From IMG/VR virus record IMGVR_UViG_3300005326_000046, positions 16,004 to 80,003 of that record: a stretch of DNA of 64,000 nt; one strand, written 5' to 3'. Made by a program: the position numbers and the translations under genes. Below the pieces are notes generated by a model. The model did not search any database. It was not told the DNA's origin and saw only the letters and a program-made list of their open reading frames with translations. Every line of letters begins with the position of its first letter. Position 1 is the first letter of the stretch. This document shows, in pieces, positions 1 through 8,718 of the stretch. The DNA comes from a virus. Taxonomy: Duplodnaviria > Caudoviricetes.

Positions 1-1
1 G

Positions 2-172
2 GACAAGCGCGACATCATGGCGCGGCGCTTCGCTCGCCACTTGGATAACGAGTACGTGGCTCGGCAACAAGTACGCCAGTTGATCCTCAATGACTACGAA
101 AACAACTTGCCGGTTGACAGCCGGCCAGACCCGCGGGACGAATGGGTCGCATACTATCGCGAGGTGCTGTGA
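2..172 (+). CDS. C-terminal fragment of IbrA-like / PAPS-reductase-family protein (5' end outside window)
   Basis: Frame 2 is open: DKRDIMARRFARHLDNEYVARQQVRQLILNDYENNLPVDSRPDPRDEWVAYYREVL*. Its stop forms a GTGA overlap with the ParB-like gene. The family call comes from recalled C-terminal motif and context. Confidence 0.55.
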   Translation, partial: DKRDIMARRFARHLDNEYVARQQVRQLILNDYENNLPVDSRPDPRDEWVAYYREVL

Positions 173-762
173 CCGTGATCAATACCGTAGAAGACTGGAA
201 CGCCTATCGAGCCACGGCTGAGCCCGTCGTCGTGCGGGGCAAGGGCAAGCGAGAGATTCAGATACCGTGCGCCAATACGATCATGGTCAGACGCGACCTT
301 GTCGCCGCCAACACCTACAACCCGAACCATGTGTCTGACGACAAAATGGAGTTGCTCTATCAGAGCATCGTTGACAATGGCTTCGCGTTTCCGATCGTGG
401 TCATCTGGGATGACGATCAACAACTATTCGTCGTCATTGACGGATTCCACCGCTACATGATCAGCGGCCCCAAGTGGCTTGACATGTCGCACGTGCCGCT
501 GGCCGTGTTGACACACGATGCCAAGCAGCGCATGACAGCAACATGGCAATTCAACAAGGCGCGCGGCTCGCATGAGGTGGACCTCGATGCGGACTTGATT
601 CGCGCCCTGATCCAACAAGGCATGGGCGAAGATGAGATCGCGCAACATCTCGGGATCGACCTGGACACCGTGCATCGTTACAAACAGGTCTCCGGGATTG
701 CTGAACTATTCCAACACGCGGACTATTCGATGGCCTGGGAAGTGGTGGAGGTGGACGAATGA
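169..762 (+). CDS. ParB/sulfiredoxin-like domain protein (IbrB-like) with C-terminal HTH
   Basis: YNPN, SIVDNGFAFPIVV, IDGFHRY and NKARG motifs, then GMGEDEIAQHLGIDLDTV HTH-like tail. Start placed at GTG 169. Confidence 0.85.
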   Translation: MTVINTVEDWNAYRATAEPVVVRGKGKREIQIPCANTIMVRRDLVAANTYNPNHVSDDKMELLYQSIVDNGFAFPIVVIWDDDQQLFVVIDGFHRYMISGPKWLDMSHVPLAVLTHDAKQRMTATWQFNKARGSHEVDLDADLIRALIQQGMGEDEIAQHLGIDLDTVHRYKQVSGIAELFQHADYSMAWEVVEVDE

Positions 763-1412
763 CCAAATGGACTTATGGAGACGCATGGGAGCATTTCCCG
801 ATTGAACCAGGCGAGACGTGGGTAATCGGCGGTGATAGTAGGGTGGCAGTCCATGACCTCTTTCTACCCCTGCCAGGCTTCATGCTGCGCGCAGACCTAC
901 TTTTTGTTGATCCGCCCTGGAACCGTGGCAACCTGAACAGCTTCTACACGAAGGCGGAAAAGGGGTATCACATTGACCACTTCTCAGAGTTCGAGACAGC
1001 CCTGTTCCAGCGCGTTGCAGACGTAAATCCACTCGTGTGCTACCTGGAGGTAGGCAATCAGGCGAATGACCGTTGGGTGGAGATGATGCACGGTCAATTC
1101 CCATACGTGCAACACTGGAACGTAGTTTACTACCGCAAGCACCCCTGCAACATCATACGCGGGTCACACATTGGCGCGCTGGACTTCGACTACACTGGAA
1201 TGGATGAAGCAAGGGTCATCAAGAAGATAGCGGAGATTGAACGGAGCAACTGCATTGGTGACTTCTGCATGGGACGCGGCCTGGTTGGTCTTGCGGCCTA
1301 TGCTGCCGGCAAGCCATTCGTCGGCACAGAACTGAACAAGCGAAGACTGGCCGTGCTGTTGCAGAAGCTTGCGGCCAAAGGCGCCGACGTGTACTCCCTG
1401 AGCAAACCTTAA
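759..1412 (+). CDS. SAM-dependent DNA amino-methyltransferase-like protein (beta-type motif order)
   Basis: DLLFVDPPW catalytic motif IV precedes the C-terminal IGDFCMGRGLVG...FVGTELN motif I/II. Confidence 0.75.
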   Translation: MTKWTYGDAWEHFPIEPGETWVIGGDSRVAVHDLFLPLPGFMLRADLLFVDPPWNRGNLNSFYTKAEKGYHIDHFSEFETALFQRVADVNPLVCYLEVGNQANDRWVEMMHGQFPYVQHWNVVYYRKHPCNIIRGSHIGALDFDYTGMDEARVIKKIAEIERSNCIGDFCMGRGLVGLAAYAAGKPFVGTELNKRRLAVLLQKLAAKGADVYSLSKP

Positions 1413-1439
1413 ATATCTGCGCCAACAGCCGATTCCCTA

Positions 1440-1468
1440 TTGACTTTTTGCCCGACACGTGATAGTAT
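1440..1468 (+). promoter_or_regulatory. sigma70-like promoter (CCTATTGAC family)
   Basis: TTGACT-N17-TAGTAT with TG extension; SD GGAGG and ATG 1502 downstream. Confidence 0.75.
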
Positions 1469-1501
1469 ATAGTCAATCAAGCGAACATCACGGAGGGCAA
1501 A

Positions 1502-1849
1502 ATGAAGGGTAGCGAAAAGCAAATCAAGTGGGCGGAAGACATCAAGGCAGAAAAGGCGGAGCTGTTCGAGATACTACGCCAGCATGTGCGCAACGAGATT
1601 GGAACCAAGGCACTCGACTACATCCAGGACAACGAATACGCGACCTTCTGGATTGACCACCGCAATCACACGCCCATGATCATGCTGAAGTCCCTGCTGA
1701 CCGGCCGCTTTGAGGTCAAGGGTGCGTCGTTTGATCGCAAGGCCCAGATCGACCCCGATACCGGCGTCATCACTGAGACGTGGACGGAAATGGTCCGAGA
1801 TGGTGACCGCGGCGACGTCAAGTACGTGAAGCACAGCGTGACGCTGTAG
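1502..1849 (+). CDS. Hypothetical phage protein (GSEKQIKWA motif)
   Basis: ORF with SD behind a promoter; the N-terminal GSEKQIxWAxxI motif recurs in phage proteins. Confidence 0.75.
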   Translation: MKGSEKQIKWAEDIKAEKAELFEILRQHVRNEIGTKALDYIQDNEYATFWIDHRNHTPMIMLKSLLTGRFEVKGASFDRKAQIDPDTGVITETWTEMVRDGDRGDVKYVKHSVTL

Positions 1850-1894
1850 TGGAAGCGGCAACTGGCCGCAAAGAAGGGAGGGTGAAATTCCCTA

Positions 1895-1923
1895 TTGACA
1901 ACGCTATCACATTATGGTATGAT
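1895..1923 (+). promoter_or_regulatory. sigma70-like promoter (CCTATTGAC family)
   Basis: TTGACA-N17-TATGAT with TG extension. Confidence 0.8.
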
Positions 1924-1929
1924 GTGTGT

Positions 1930-2285
1930 GCACTGGTGAGGCGTCAATGCCGGTGTTCCTCCTGGTGAAGCTGCTCCACTCGCGACGGTCAGGTAATGCC
2001 GCGGTGGCTTCCCGTCGTGGAAGCACTAGGCGATGGGGTGGCTCATGGGTGGCAGTCAAAGGCCCTTAGGTTGCGACTGCCACCCACCCAGACGGTGACG
2101 GCCGAAAGGGGGTGCATGGGAAGTGTGTGACGGTACTGGGTAAAAACGATCCTAGGAGGGCAACCGTGAAAAAGGCGAGGCCTCCCCCGCGTGGCTGTGA
2201 CCACAGTTGAAATTTGATTGGGTTTAGATATAGACAGCCAAGGCCCAAGTCTTCAGTAGCCTGGGCCTTCCTCAAACCGACAGGA
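1930..2285 (+). ncRNA. Candidate structured non-coding RNA or long 5' leader (family unknown)
   Basis: About 360 nt without a credible + ORF between a strong promoter and the SD/ATG at 2295. Perfect 12-bp stem 2046-2057/2075-2086, 8-bp stem 2240-2247/2262-2269, 6-bp stem 2007-2012/2019-2024. Confidence 0.45.
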
Positions 2286-2294
2286 GAGAACATC

Positions 2295-2453
2295 ATGCAA
2301 GCACTTCGCATCACCAATGATTCCGCACGTCAACTCAAGATTGGCGCGTCATTGTCGCCAGACACGGTGGCACTTGATGATCAGTACGCCGAAGAGCAGG
2401 ACGCTATCATTGCCTGCGGCTTTGGCGAGATCGTCGAGGTGGAAGAATGCTAA
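2295..2453 (+). CDS. Hypothetical protein
   Basis: SD AGGAGA, ATG 2295; overlaps the next start. Confidence 0.65.
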   Translation: MQALRITNDSARQLKIGASLSPDTVALDDQYAEEQDAIIACGFGEIVEVEEC

Positions 2454-2728
2454 CCGGACAGCGCGGCAATTACAAGATTCACGTGAAGTATGAGAAGGAT
2501 GGCATATATCATGCCGTGTTGACAGACGCGCGGACTAGTGGGGTGTTTTCTCTTCCGATGGATTGCAAGGGGGCAATAGATGCGATCAGCGTTGCCATGC
2601 ACGTGATTGACACGTATCTTACTCCGTGCAGTGTCATCATCGAGGCCAGACCAGAACCACCCGTTGACGATGACCTTGCCGCGCAAGTCAACAAGGTCCT
2701 GGATGGCACGGGAGGCAGCGATGGGTAA
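2447..2728 (+). CDS. Hypothetical protein
   Basis: ORF in tightly coupled operon. Confidence 0.65.
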   Translation: MLTGQRGNYKIHVKYEKDGIYHAVLTDARTSGVFSLPMDCKGAIDAISVAMHVIDTYLTPCSVIIEARPEPPVDDDLAAQVNKVLDGTGGSDG

Positions 2729-3038
2729 GCGCGTGGAGATGGCAATCAATATCGTTGGGCTTCTTATTGCGTGGGGGTTCATCGTCCTCTTTTTGTCGCT
2801 CATGCTTGAACCAAAGCCGCCCGACCCATACATAACAACCACGTCCATGCCAGAGTTTGAGATGGACCGTACGATCGTGATCCCCCCAGCTATGATGACG
2901 TTTGAGTTGGACACCACAACAGAGAATGACCCGGTTCCAGCAGACATTGTGCTTCAGCTGCCCGACGAGTGGTATCAGGGAGGATGTTTTGATTACCGCA
3001 TCAGCGGAGTTGAGTGCGTGTGCGAAGAGTCCAAATGA
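2721..3038 (+). CDS. Hypothetical membrane-anchored protein
   Basis: SD GGAGG, ATG 2721; N-terminal hydrophobic helix MAINIVGLLIAWGFIVLFLSLML. Confidence 0.65.
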   Translation: MGKRVEMAINIVGLLIAWGFIVLFLSLMLEPKPPDPYITTTSMPEFEMDRTIVIPPAMMTFELDTTTENDPVPADIVLQLPDEWYQGGCFDYRISGVECVCEESK

Positions 3039-3051
3039 AAGGAGCGCGATC

Positions 3052-3264
3052 ATGTGGGCCTACGGATTGGAGCATCACGAGAAGCGGGCGCGGCGCGTCG
3101 ACAAATGGGCCAATCCACGCAGCCATGGGTTCGATCGTGCGCGCAAGGCACGCGCGCGACGCGAGGCGCGCGAAGAGATCGTGCAGCAGCTACTCGACGA
3201 ATTGGCATGGAGCCACGGGTTCGGGTATTCGATCTTCATCGGCTATTTTCGCGACGATATCTAG
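3052..3264 (+). CDS. Hypothetical basic protein
   Basis: SD AAGGAG, ATG 3052. Confidence 0.6.
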   Translation: MWAYGLEHHEKRARRVDKWANPRSHGFDRARKARARREAREEIVQQLLDELAWSHGFGYSIFIGYFRDDI

Positions 3265-3300
3265 TTTCACCAGACGGTGAAACCATCGGAGGGAGTGAAC

Positions 3301-3522
3301 ATGCTACTACTGTGTAAGTACGCAGGACAGTCCAAGGTCATTAGCTCGGCGGCGCTCAAACCAACAACGATCGCGGCACGCTGGGCGGCAAGGAATGCGT
3401 TCGGCGCGGTGTACCCGGTGGATGTTATTGTCGTCTTCAGCCACGATACGCACGTGTTCCGCGTGACCGAGAAGGACACGGTGCACAAGGTCATTGTGGG
3501 AAAGAAGGGGGCACAGAAATGA
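3301..3522 (+). CDS. Hypothetical protein
   Basis: SD GGAGGGAG, ATG 3301; ATGA overlap with the next gene. Confidence 0.6.
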   Translation: MLLLCKYAGQSKVISSAALKPTTIAARWAARNAFGAVYPVDVIVVFSHDTHVFRVTEKDTVHKVIVGKKGAQK

Positions 3523-4055
3523 GTCTAGATATCGCCCTCTATGACAAGGCCGATGGCGAGGAAATCATCGCCATGAACTGGTTGCGCAATCCCTTCGGCT
3601 TGTGTCAGTGGGCCGAAGACAACGCAGGCGACGGAGAGCAGTCGCTATGGTATGTCTGCAATGCGTGGGCATACGACAAGGGCAAGGACGTTGACCGCGT
3701 CGGATTCAAGCGCGTAGTTGACGCGTACTGGGAGCGAATCCAGAAATTGGAGCGCGGTTATTACTGGTTTGACTTGCCAGCCTATCGCGACATCGTAGAA
3801 CGCAACTGCGGTTGGATTCCTTACGAATTGGGCGGCTCGCGGCTGGGTGCGTCTCCCGCTGAGAGTCACTATGTTGACGAACGGTACAACAAAAAGCGCG
3901 ACAAGCTCGGCATTCCGATGGAGTACTTCACAGCGGGAGTATTTCACCTAGCCGGGCAGAATACGCTTGAGCACTACAAGGACTGGTTCGCAGAGTTGGT
4001 GAAGTTCGCCGAACTGCTGCAGGACACGGCATTGGAGTTCTACTGTTCAAACTAG
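3519..4055 (+). CDS. Hypothetical protein
   Basis: 178-aa ORF, coupled start. Confidence 0.75.
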   Translation: MSLDIALYDKADGEEIIAMNWLRNPFGLCQWAEDNAGDGEQSLWYVCNAWAYDKGKDVDRVGFKRVVDAYWERIQKLERGYYWFDLPAYRDIVERNCGWIPYELGGSRLGASPAESHYVDERYNKKRDKLGIPMEYFTAGVFHLAGQNTLEHYKDWFAELVKFAELLQDTALEFYCSN

Positions 4056-4063
4056 GGGGGGGG

Positions 4064-4474
4064 GTGGAAGAAATGATCGGTATCACAGTGCAAACGACTC
4101 AAAGCGCGGCTATCAGTGTGCGGGATGGGTTCCAGGGCCACTTCGAACTGCGCCAATTCGGCGGCGAGCAACTGGTGACATGTGCCAATCAGGATGCGCC
4201 GGCCCTCATTGCCGCGATCGCCCAGCAGGCTGGCGTCACGATCGAACAGATCGCGGAGGCCATGGGCGTGCCAGGGCACACAGGATTGCCATGGATCCTC
4301 GTCAGTGAGAGGCTGCCAGAGGCTGAAGGCAACTACGACGTCACGCTGCGAGATGGGACACTAAGCACATGGCGGTTCATGCAAGGCAGCACGGGTTGTG
4401 ACGGCGAAGACTATTGGCGTTACTGGGTCACAGCATGGGCTCCATCTCGTATTGCGCACAAGGCGGAGCAATGA
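4064..4474 (+). CDS. Hypothetical protein (DUF551-like C-terminal half)
   Basis: WILVSERLPE...VTAW pattern. Start is GTG 4064 or ATG 4073, behind a G10 run. Confidence 0.65.
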   Translation: MEEMIGITVQTTQSAAISVRDGFQGHFELRQFGGEQLVTCANQDAPALIAAIAQQAGVTIEQIAEAMGVPGHTGLPWILVSERLPEAEGNYDVTLRDGTLSTWRFMQGSTGCDGEDYWRYWVTAWAPSRIAHKAEQ

Positions 4475-4644
4475 TTGATAACGACTACGAAGAGGGCGAC
4501 AAGGTCACGTGGAGCGATGAGGGCGGCAGGCAGCACACGGGAACGGTTGAAAGAGTGTGGTACGTAACCGAGTATTGGATTGTACCAGACGACCCAAAAG
4601 ATGAGCCGCGTATCATGCGTTCGTCCGATCTAAGCCTGACATGA
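4471..4644 (+). CDS. Small SH3/Tudor-like beta-barrel protein
   Basis: YEEGDKVTWSDEGGRQHTGTVERV...RSSDL; ATGA overlap at 4471. Confidence 0.6.
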   Translation: MIDNDYEEGDKVTWSDEGGRQHTGTVERVWYVTEYWIVPDDPKDEPRIMRSSDLSLT

Positions 4645-4925
4645 TGTGGTGGCGTGAACACGGCCGCAACGATTACATGGGTTCCTGCTATGGCACACAA
4701 GGGGGAGTGATGAACTGCTCACGACGCAAAGGCACGGGCGAGGTTGATAACCTCCAATTTGGATGGAGAGCGCTGGGGGATGCTTGTAAGGAAGCCAGGA
4801 TGAATCCATTTATGGGCATATACGAGGTGAGTCTTTTTACGGGTATTTCCATCCCGGAACTGTATCGCATGGAATGCGGGTTGGACGATCCCGCCCCGCT
4901 AGCAAAGTTCTGGGGGATCCAATGA
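4641..4925 (+). CDS. Hypothetical protein, possible HTH in C-terminal half (start uncertain)
   Basis: MGIYEVSLFTGISIPELYRMECG resembles an XRE-type HTH. Confidence 0.5.
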   Translation: MMWWREHGRNDYMGSCYGTQGGVMNCSRRKGTGEVDNLQFGWRALGDACKEARMNPFMGIYEVSLFTGISIPELYRMECGLDDPAPLAKFWGIQ

Positions 4926-5356
4926 GCATCACCTTCGCCGAGTGGAACGCGTTTATCGACACCACCAACAAGATATCCCACTCCACGTCGCACAACATCA
5001 TCTGGCACGGCGTAAGCGCGTTCACCGATCGCGAGAAGCAAACGGTGTCGTTTGGCTACGGACACGGGCAGGAGTGGATCATCTTTCAGCAACGCCACAA
5101 TTGCGTCCTGCGCCTCGCCAAGTCAACCAACCAAGATGAGGACTTCTGTCTTGGCGACATTAGCACGCATCGCGGCGTTGAAGCCACTGTGCCGACGTAC
5201 TTCGTCAAGGAACTGCTGAACGCCGCTATCGCGTTCGTCGGCGTGCCTGAGGACTGGGAGCGCCGCGGGTTGATCCGCGCGAGTTGGTACGCGCCCATAC
5301 CTGTCATGGCAGAGGCCGCGAAGGACGATGACGACGGCGGGGACATCCCGTTTTAG
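4922..5356 (+). CDS. Hypothetical protein with acidic DDDDGGDIPF tail
   Basis: ATG 4922. The tail resembles SSB-type DIPF interaction tails, but no OB fold is recognised. Confidence 0.65.
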   Translation: MSITFAEWNAFIDTTNKISHSTSHNIIWHGVSAFTDREKQTVSFGYGHGQEWIIFQQRHNCVLRLAKSTNQDEDFCLGDISTHRGVEATVPTYFVKELLNAAIAFVGVPEDWERRGLIRASWYAPIPVMAEAAKDDDDGGDIPF

Positions 5357-5398
5357 GTCAATCAACTGATTGGTCGATCTACCGAAGGGAGAATAAGA

Positions 5399-5713
5399 AT
5401 GCCATACGATCCGCGCTTCTGTTGGGTGCTGTCCCACAAGTCGTACCACACAGGGTCCGGTACAGGATCGCTGTTCGCCGTTACAATGACATTGGCGCAG
5501 GCCAAGCAACTAGCGGTTGCATTCCTGGAAAAACGCGCGCATGATGACGGCGAAAATTTTCGCCGCGCAAGTCACTGGAAGCACGACGTTGGTAAGTGGG
5601 AGGTCTGGCAAGCTGAGAGCGATGTAACGGAAGACATCGTCATGATAGAGCGTGTGCCGTTCGGCGCGTCATATCGGTTCGATGGTGGCTATTTACCGGA
5701 CGATGCCAAATAG
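5399..5713 (+). CDS. Hypothetical protein
   Basis: SD AAGGGAG upstream. Confidence 0.65.
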   Translation: MPYDPRFCWVLSHKSYHTGSGTGSLFAVTMTLAQAKQLAVAFLEKRAHDDGENFRRASHWKHDVGKWEVWQAESDVTEDIVMIERVPFGASYRFDGGYLPDDAK

Positions 5714-5726
5714 CGCAGAAACCCTA

Positions 5727-5755
5727 TTGACAAGCGGCGCGAAGTATGCTATGAT
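5727..5755 (+). promoter_or_regulatory. sigma70-like promoter (CCTATTGAC family)
   Basis: TTGACA-N17-TATGAT with TG extension. Confidence 0.8.
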
Positions 5756-5796
5756 CTTGCATATACGGACAATCATACAATCTACAGGAGAGAGAC

Positions 5797-5976
5797 ATGA
5801 CACCTTGGGCACAAATCATCTTCCTCGCACTGATCTGTATTGACTTCGGACTGGTTGCAATGCAACATGGCAAGCCACGAGAACCATACAACTTCTGGAC
5901 GTGGATCTTCGCCACCGCGATTTAGTTCGCCATCCTCTGGTGGGGCGGCTTCTGGGCTCCACTGTTTGGGCGATAG
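5797..5976 (+). pseudogene. Small two-helix membrane protein gene interrupted by an in-frame TAG (5923-5925)
   Basis: SD AGGAGA; MTPWAQIIFLALICIDFGLVAMQHGKPREPYNFWTWIFATAI*FAILWWGGFWAPLFGR*. The hydrophobic helix continues across the TAG. Confidence 0.6.
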
Positions 5977-5987
5977 GAGAGAACACC

Positions 5988-6269
5988 ATGGGCTACTACT
6001 ACCTGGCCAATGTCAACGACCTGATCGGGAAGGTGCACCGCGTTCGTATGCTTAGCTATGATGTTGAAAATGCGGCGGAAAACGTCGCCGACAATCTCGC
6101 TAGGTGCACTAGCGTCGAAGAGATGCACCGCTGGCTCGCATCTGGCGTAGTGCGCGATGAATGGAATCGACTGGTAGACCATGCCAAGTCACTGTCCGTC
6201 ATGCTGGGTTGCATCATTGACTACGACGGTGAATTGCAGGTGCTAAACCAGGAGGCTAAGGATGAATGA
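5988..6269 (+). CDS. Hypothetical protein
   Basis: SD AGGAGAG, ATG 5988. Confidence 0.7.
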   Translation: MGYYYLANVNDLIGKVHRVRMLSYDVENAAENVADNLARCTSVEEMHRWLASGVVRDEWNRLVDHAKSLSVMLGCIIDYDGELQVLNQEAKDE

Positions 6270-6684
6270 CGTTACCATCTATCCGGAGGTGGCTTGTGCC
6301 GCCAAGTGGTGGGCTGATCAGTTGCGGGGAGATCCGATGCATGATGCTGGCGATGCTATGATGAACGCGATGGCAGCGTGGGCATCTGGTCGTATCTCGC
6401 GTCTATCTGAAGCTGACATACTGAGATTCGAGCAAGAGTTGGAGACAGTCTTGCAGGCATATGTGATCAAGAAGGGGTGGCATCCCGATCGCCCCGGCTG
6501 GGGGAACAGAGACGTAGGAACAGACTATCATCCTGATGGGACACTTGATCAGGCGGCGCAGGCTGCGGGCCTGGGTGATCTCAGTCTGCAACTACCATAC
6601 AAAACCATGATGTGGGTGAATCCGGGATCGGTTACGGTGAGTAGGGGGTATCGGGCGCCAGTTGTAGAGATTTTCCATGAGTGA
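6262..6684 (+). CDS. Hypothetical phage protein
   Basis: Coupled ORF; AAKWWADQLR and GTDYHPD motifs. Confidence 0.75.
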   Translation: MNDVTIYPEVACAAKWWADQLRGDPMHDAGDAMMNAMAAWASGRISRLSEADILRFEQELETVLQAYVIKKGWHPDRPGWGNRDVGTDYHPDGTLDQAAQAAGLGDLSLQLPYKTMMWVNPGSVTVSRGYRAPVVEIFHE

Positions 6685-6889
6685 TCCAACCAACGTCGAC
6701 GCTGTTCTTGTTACCTTGCTCATCCTGAGCATCATCGTCTTTGTCCTCGACTACTTCCCGAACTTCAGCAAGTCGCGCGAGGGATTCTTGGCGCAGCCAT
6801 GGTACGTGCGCCACATGACGGGCATCGTGAGCGCGGGACTCGTGATCGTGCTGTCGGCCGCGATTCTCTACAGGATGGTGGCGGGATGA
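6677..6889 (+). CDS. Small two-TM membrane protein
   Basis: Two hydrophobic segments. Confidence 0.65.
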   Translation: MSDPTNVDAVLVTLLILSIIVFVLDYFPNFSKSREGFLAQPWYVRHMTGIVSAGLVIVLSAAILYRMVAG

Positions 6890-7212
6890 GCCTGATTGAC
6901 GATCTGAGTGAGTACCTGCGCGACATAGCCGCTCTCGCCTGGGTATCTGGGCATGACGACTACGAGGATAGAATCGACGAGGCGGCCGATTCGTTGATTG
7001 AGTTGCAGCGCGAAAACGTTCAGCTGCGTGCCAAGGTCCGGGAGTTGGCGAAGATGTGCGACGACGTCGAGTGTGCGTCTGGAGATCCAGGCGGAGAGGA
7101 CACGGGCTGGTGTCCATTCTGTGGATACTGGCCGCCAACCGATGGGCATGCACCAGACTGCCGCCTCATCACCGCCGACATCGCGGGCCTGCTGGGGAAG
7201 GAGCAATCATGA
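6886..7212 (+). CDS. Hypothetical protein with coiled coil and CPFC motif
   Basis: ATGA overlap; WCPFCGY...HAPDC. Confidence 0.65.
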   Translation: MSLIDDLSEYLRDIAALAWVSGHDDYEDRIDEAADSLIELQRENVQLRAKVRELAKMCDDVECASGDPGGEDTGWCPFCGYWPPTDGHAPDCRLITADIAGLLGKEQS

Positions 7213-7439
7213 AACTGTCTGATCATCTACGCAATCACGCTATGGCAAGTACGCTTGCGGCACGTAGCGGCAAGCCTGTGGACTTGCAAGAGCACGCGCG
7301 GCTATTCGGCGAAGCGGCCTGGAGACTTGATTACATGGAGGGTCGACTACGCAACGTTGGTATTGTGTTGAGCGATGCAGAGTATAAGAAGGCGTGGATT
7401 TCGAGCACGGACAAACTGCTGGGGGAAGACCCATCATGA
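7209..7439 (+). CDS. Hypothetical protein
   Basis: ATGA-coupled. Confidence 0.6.
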   Translation: MKLSDHLRNHAMASTLAARSGKPVDLQEHARLFGEAAWRLDYMEGRLRNVGIVLSDAEYKKAWISSTDKLLGEDPS

Positions 7440-7798
7440 AAGCATGGTATGTCTACCGGGCTTTTGATGAGGGCGGGGAACAAGAAGCAGACATTGTGCA
7501 CGCCGAAAATCGCACCTCTGCCAAGAGGCGAGCATACAGCCTGCCGTTTTTTGACGTCGACAACTGGGTCACGGACATCGGCGCCCGGCGAGTGCCAGAG
7601 CTGGACGACAAACCAATCACCGATCTAGCATACCTGGCGCACGGCTTCGGCGTCGAGTGCGAAAAGTGTTCGGTCTACGTGTACGGACTGGAGGATTGCG
7701 TAATTGCATTCGGCAAGATCTACTGCGTCGAATGCGGCGAAAGCATTCTCAAAGATGAATATGTCGAGGCATTGTATGCTAAGGAGGATCCATCATGA
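7436..7798 (+). CDS. Hypothetical zinc-binding protein
   Basis: CEKC and CVEC pairs; ATGA-coupled. Confidence 0.7.
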   Translation: MKAWYVYRAFDEGGEQEADIVHAENRTSAKRRAYSLPFFDVDNWVTDIGARRVPELDDKPITDLAYLAHGFGVECEKCSVYVYGLEDCVIAFGKIYCVECGESILKDEYVEALYAKEDPS

Positions 7799-8028
7799 GC
7801 AAGCGCCCAAACTGGCCGAAGTGCCCGAAGTGTGAAACGCCGTGTGTCGCTATTGTTGAAATTTGCGAAGTCACCAGATCGTGGTACGCAACTGACGCGT
7901 GTGATGACCCGAGCGTGATCGGCCCTGATCCTACAGGTATATGGATATTTTGCGACAAGTGCAGAGACGACTTTGAGCTTGAAGGGATATTCGAGGCCGA
8001 TCCAAAATGGTGGGAGGAAGTCGAATGA
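7795..8028 (+). CDS. Small zinc-ribbon protein
   Basis: CPKC...CDKC. Confidence 0.65.
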   Translation: MSKRPNWPKCPKCETPCVAIVEICEVTRSWYATDACDDPSVIGPDPTGIWIFCDKCRDDFELEGIFEADPKWWEEVE

Positions 8029-8252
8029 GCAAGCGCAAGTGGCACGACATCACGCGGGCGACGGGGGACCCCAAGGACTTGCCGACACGACGGAGTCAAT
8101 ACCTTGTGGCGTTCAAGGGCAGAAAGCATTGTCGCGGATGGTGGTTCAATCCAGATGATAAGATTTCAGTCTTTATGTTCCGCGACAGCGTCATCGCCTG
8201 GCGCGAGATGCCGAAAGCGTACCGCCCGAAGCCGCGCAAGCAGAAGGGGTAG
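8025..8252 (+). CDS. DUF551-like small protein
   Basis: DLP...YLV...VIAWREMP pattern; ATGA-coupled. Confidence 0.6.
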   Translation: MSKRKWHDITRATGDPKDLPTRRSQYLVAFKGRKHCRGWWFNPDDKISVFMFRDSVIAWREMPKAYRPKPRKQKG

Positions 8253-8501
8253 GTGTTCGAGCACGAGTGCGAAGTGGATGACGGACCGGACGGTCAGGGT
8301 CTTAAGGTGGTTGAAGTAACGGTCGAAGGTTATGGAGCCGTCCTTTCGATGGGTGAATACGGGTGGCGTGATGATTTGCGCGCAATGTGGGGCGAAGGCG
8401 CAAGTCAGTATATCGCGCTAACCAAGCGCGGCACTCCGCTTCACGCGCGCGTCACGGTGGAGATCAGCGATGACAGCAAGGTGAGGGGGCAAGATGCCTG
8501 A
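8253..8501 (+). CDS. Hypothetical protein
   Basis: GTG start directly after the previous stop. Confidence 0.55.
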   Translation: MFEHECEVDDGPDGQGLKVVEVTVEGYGAVLSMGEYGWRDDLRAMWGEGASQYIALTKRGTPLHARVTVEISDDSKVRGQDA

Positions 8502-8718
8502 AATCATGACGCGCCGTTGTCGGGTCACGGAATGCGGAGATGTCGAGGTGTATCTTGATGATAGCAGCGGGAGCGGACTGATTTCCACAATGGCACATGA
8601 GGCATTTCGAGACCTGTTCGGACTACGGGGGCGTTTCTACGCCGAACCAGGTGATGAATTTGACCTGGATATGTGGACAAATGCGTACAACGTCAGCCGA
8701 GAGGTAAACCATGGGTGA
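8494..8718 (+). CDS. Hypothetical protein
   Basis: SD GAGGGGG; coupled. Confidence 0.6.
   Translation: MPEIMTRRCRVTECGDVEVYLDDSSGSGLISTMAHEAFRDLFGLRGRFYAEPGDEFDLDMWTNAYNVSREVNHG

Noticed and set aside
1981-2007. Short run fitting NGY-NN (cgcga c ggtca ggtaa tgccg c ggtgg)
   Set aside because: Only five pentamers; expected by chance several times in 64 kb of GC-rich DNA.
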